A DNA stretch of 64,000 nucleotides from NCBI GenBank assembly GCA_028534125.1, contig CM052817.1, forward strand, positions 66,156,001 to 66,220,000, given 5' to 3'. The notes beneath the pieces are model-generated. The model saw only the letters and a program-made list of their open reading frames with translations. It had not been told where the DNA came from and searched no databases. Below, one piece after another: positions 61,946-64,000 of this stretch (within the stretch, counting starts at the first letter, position 1; every line of letters begins with the position of its first letter). This DNA comes from Lama glama (lineage: Eukaryota). The translations under genes and the position numbers were made by a program.

Positions 61946-64000
61946 AAAGATCTTGGCCATAAACATTTTCACAGGTATCTGTAATGCTCAAGGCCCCAAG
62001 TTGCCTGTAACCCTAAATATTTCTTAATCTTTCATAATGACATTGGTTTATTGCAAAGAGAGACCCCTTCTTCAATAGCAGGTTGTGTTTTATCAGTCAG
62101 GAAAGCAGTAAGATGTGGTACTTGGGTTGACCTAGCCACAGGCAGGATGTGGCTGCCAAAGCAGAACTATAAGTCTTTGAGCAACAGCCACATCCTCCTC
62201 CTACTAGTTCTTTATTTAGCTGATGGCATCTCCCAGGATTCTGACGTTAACCAAAAGTTCACATCGTCTCTGTGTTGCTATCATACCCTCTTCTTTTACC
62301 AGCAGTTCTCACAATAAACTCAGCGCAGAGCACAGGGCATAGAAATGATGGAAATATTAGGCATTAGAGATTTCAAACCACCAAGCTCATTTAAGCAGAG
62401 TATTCTAGCAGGGTGATACCAAGATGAAGTAATAATCCAACAACAGTTATTTATCTTCCTATGTTAAAAATTATCTGTCCTTTGTTATCTCAGAAAACCA
62501 TCAGCATTTCTTCTCTGGTTTACTTTAATTTGCAGCTATCTGAGTGCACAGAAGGTTCAACCTGTTCTGCTAGTGCTTGGACAAGGTAGTGGACGTTGTT
62601 TACAGTGGTTTAAAAACTCTTAAGTGTTGGAAACGTTTTAATTGTCATAGAAAATGAATATTGTAGCATGTGTCTCTGTTCTAAATCACTGGAATAAGAT
62701 AACTTCTGTTTTGCTCCCTGCTCACATTAACACAGTTAGCAAGAAGATCAGGGGACAGCCCCAACTGCTCCAGACTGACAGCTGCCCTCAGTTAGGGTAT
62801 TTAGGGACTAAGAAGAGGTATCATTCAGCTTGTACGCTGTGATTGGCTCCAGCTTCCATAGTTTTACGTCGGAGGAATTCTGTGGGCAGAAATACAATTC
62901 CTCCATAGGTAAATGCAGAAACTGCTGTGATTTGAAGGAACAGTGGTATGTTAAAGAACAGTGAAATACTAAAAGAAATATCCCAAAGTCTTAGAGAAAA
63001 TGGGAATGAAAGAGTATAATTTTATATAGTAGATTTGACAAATACACATATTAAGCCTGCTTAATGACAACAAAGTTTAGATTTCCTAATGTCTGTTATT
63101 CAGAATGCATGAATTTATGATTAGGATCAGAGACTGATTTTGAAAACCTAAAACTCCTCAGATGATGATTCGTATTTTGTGGCATGTAGATGCTATCAGC
63201 CGAATGTTATGACTCTGCCCTCAGGTTTTTATTACCAAGATCATTTTCGTGACTTCCTACAAGTGGGCTTTGTGTCTCTAAGAGATACTTATAAATGTTT
63301 GGCTAAGTTTGCAAACACTCAGGTTTTCAAAAGAAACCTATGTGACGTGCAGAGACTGACTGAGATGTGTAAATGCTGAAGATAAGGTGATTGTACAGAA
63401 AATAGAACAGAAGTAACTACAGCAAGGATCAGGGTGGAAAGCCCAGCCAAAAATGAGAAATTTAAAACCCCTGTGTTTTGTCAGCAGCGGCTTGGCAGCT
63501 GGAATAGGAAGGACAGAGGAAGTCAGACCCATACTGGCTTCCAGAGGTCTGCTACAAGAAAATGGACCCCTAGGACCAGATGGTTTTATGGCTTTGGTAA
63601 ACAATAGATTTGCATAATGTTTCCTCAGTAATTCTGTCAGGAAGAGTGTTGAGCTAGAAAACAATGTACAATTGTGCCTTTTTTTGAAAACTAGCTCTCT
63701 AAAAGACCAACTGGTAATTAGGGAGAAACCGACCTGTTGGGAAGGACAGAGTAGGTAATGAACTATTACCTGACTATCTTGACTACAAGGTAATGGTAAA
63801 TAACTGATATGTTTGAAAGTCTTAGGTCTCCCCTGGTGGCCATATTATGAACCAATTATCATACAGAAATGAGGGTTTCTCTGATTTCAGGCACCACCTC
63901 CTTAAGATTTCCTTGTTCTGATTGGTAGCTTCCTTTGACCTTTTTTTTCTCTAAGGCTTGGGTGACTGCCATTTGGTTTCTCTTCAAGAAGAATCAACAA

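Noticed and set aside
1..64000. CRISPR arrays, operons or prokaryotic defence systems
   Set aside because: The sequence is mammalian; there are no regularly spaced repeat-spacer arrays or dense coding regions.

Overview
Mammalian (not microbial) genomic DNA. A tRNA-derived SINE resembling camelid Vic-1 and young L1 3' ends suggest a camelid (inference). The window holds the 5' end of PPP3CA (calcineurin A alpha) on the minus strand. The coding part of exon 1 is 17292-17235 (MSEPKAIDPKLSTTDRVVK, phase-1 GT donor), preceded by a long triplet-repeat-rich 5' leader within a ~3 kb CpG-island promoter. Positions 1-17234 are the first 17 kb of intron 1. Positions ~19.3-64 kb are repeat-rich upstream intergenic DNA (L1, L2, MIR, MaLR/ERVL LTRs, hAT MER5/Charlie1). 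No other protein-coding gene is supported, and I cannot demonstrate a new biological system from sequence alone. The best leads are: (1) an orphan CpG island with promoter motifs and a splice donor embedded in old L1 DNA ~23 kb upstream; (2) the leader architecture (single AUG-UGA start-stop, three AATAAA, CGG/CAG tracts, open in-frame non-AUG extension); (3) a perfect upstream donor suggesting an alternative first exon; (4) a duplicated AP-1-containing intronic module; (5) a 47-bp orphan insert with a 13-bp target-site duplication. Repeat subfamily names come from recalled consensus sequences and repeat boundaries are approximate.
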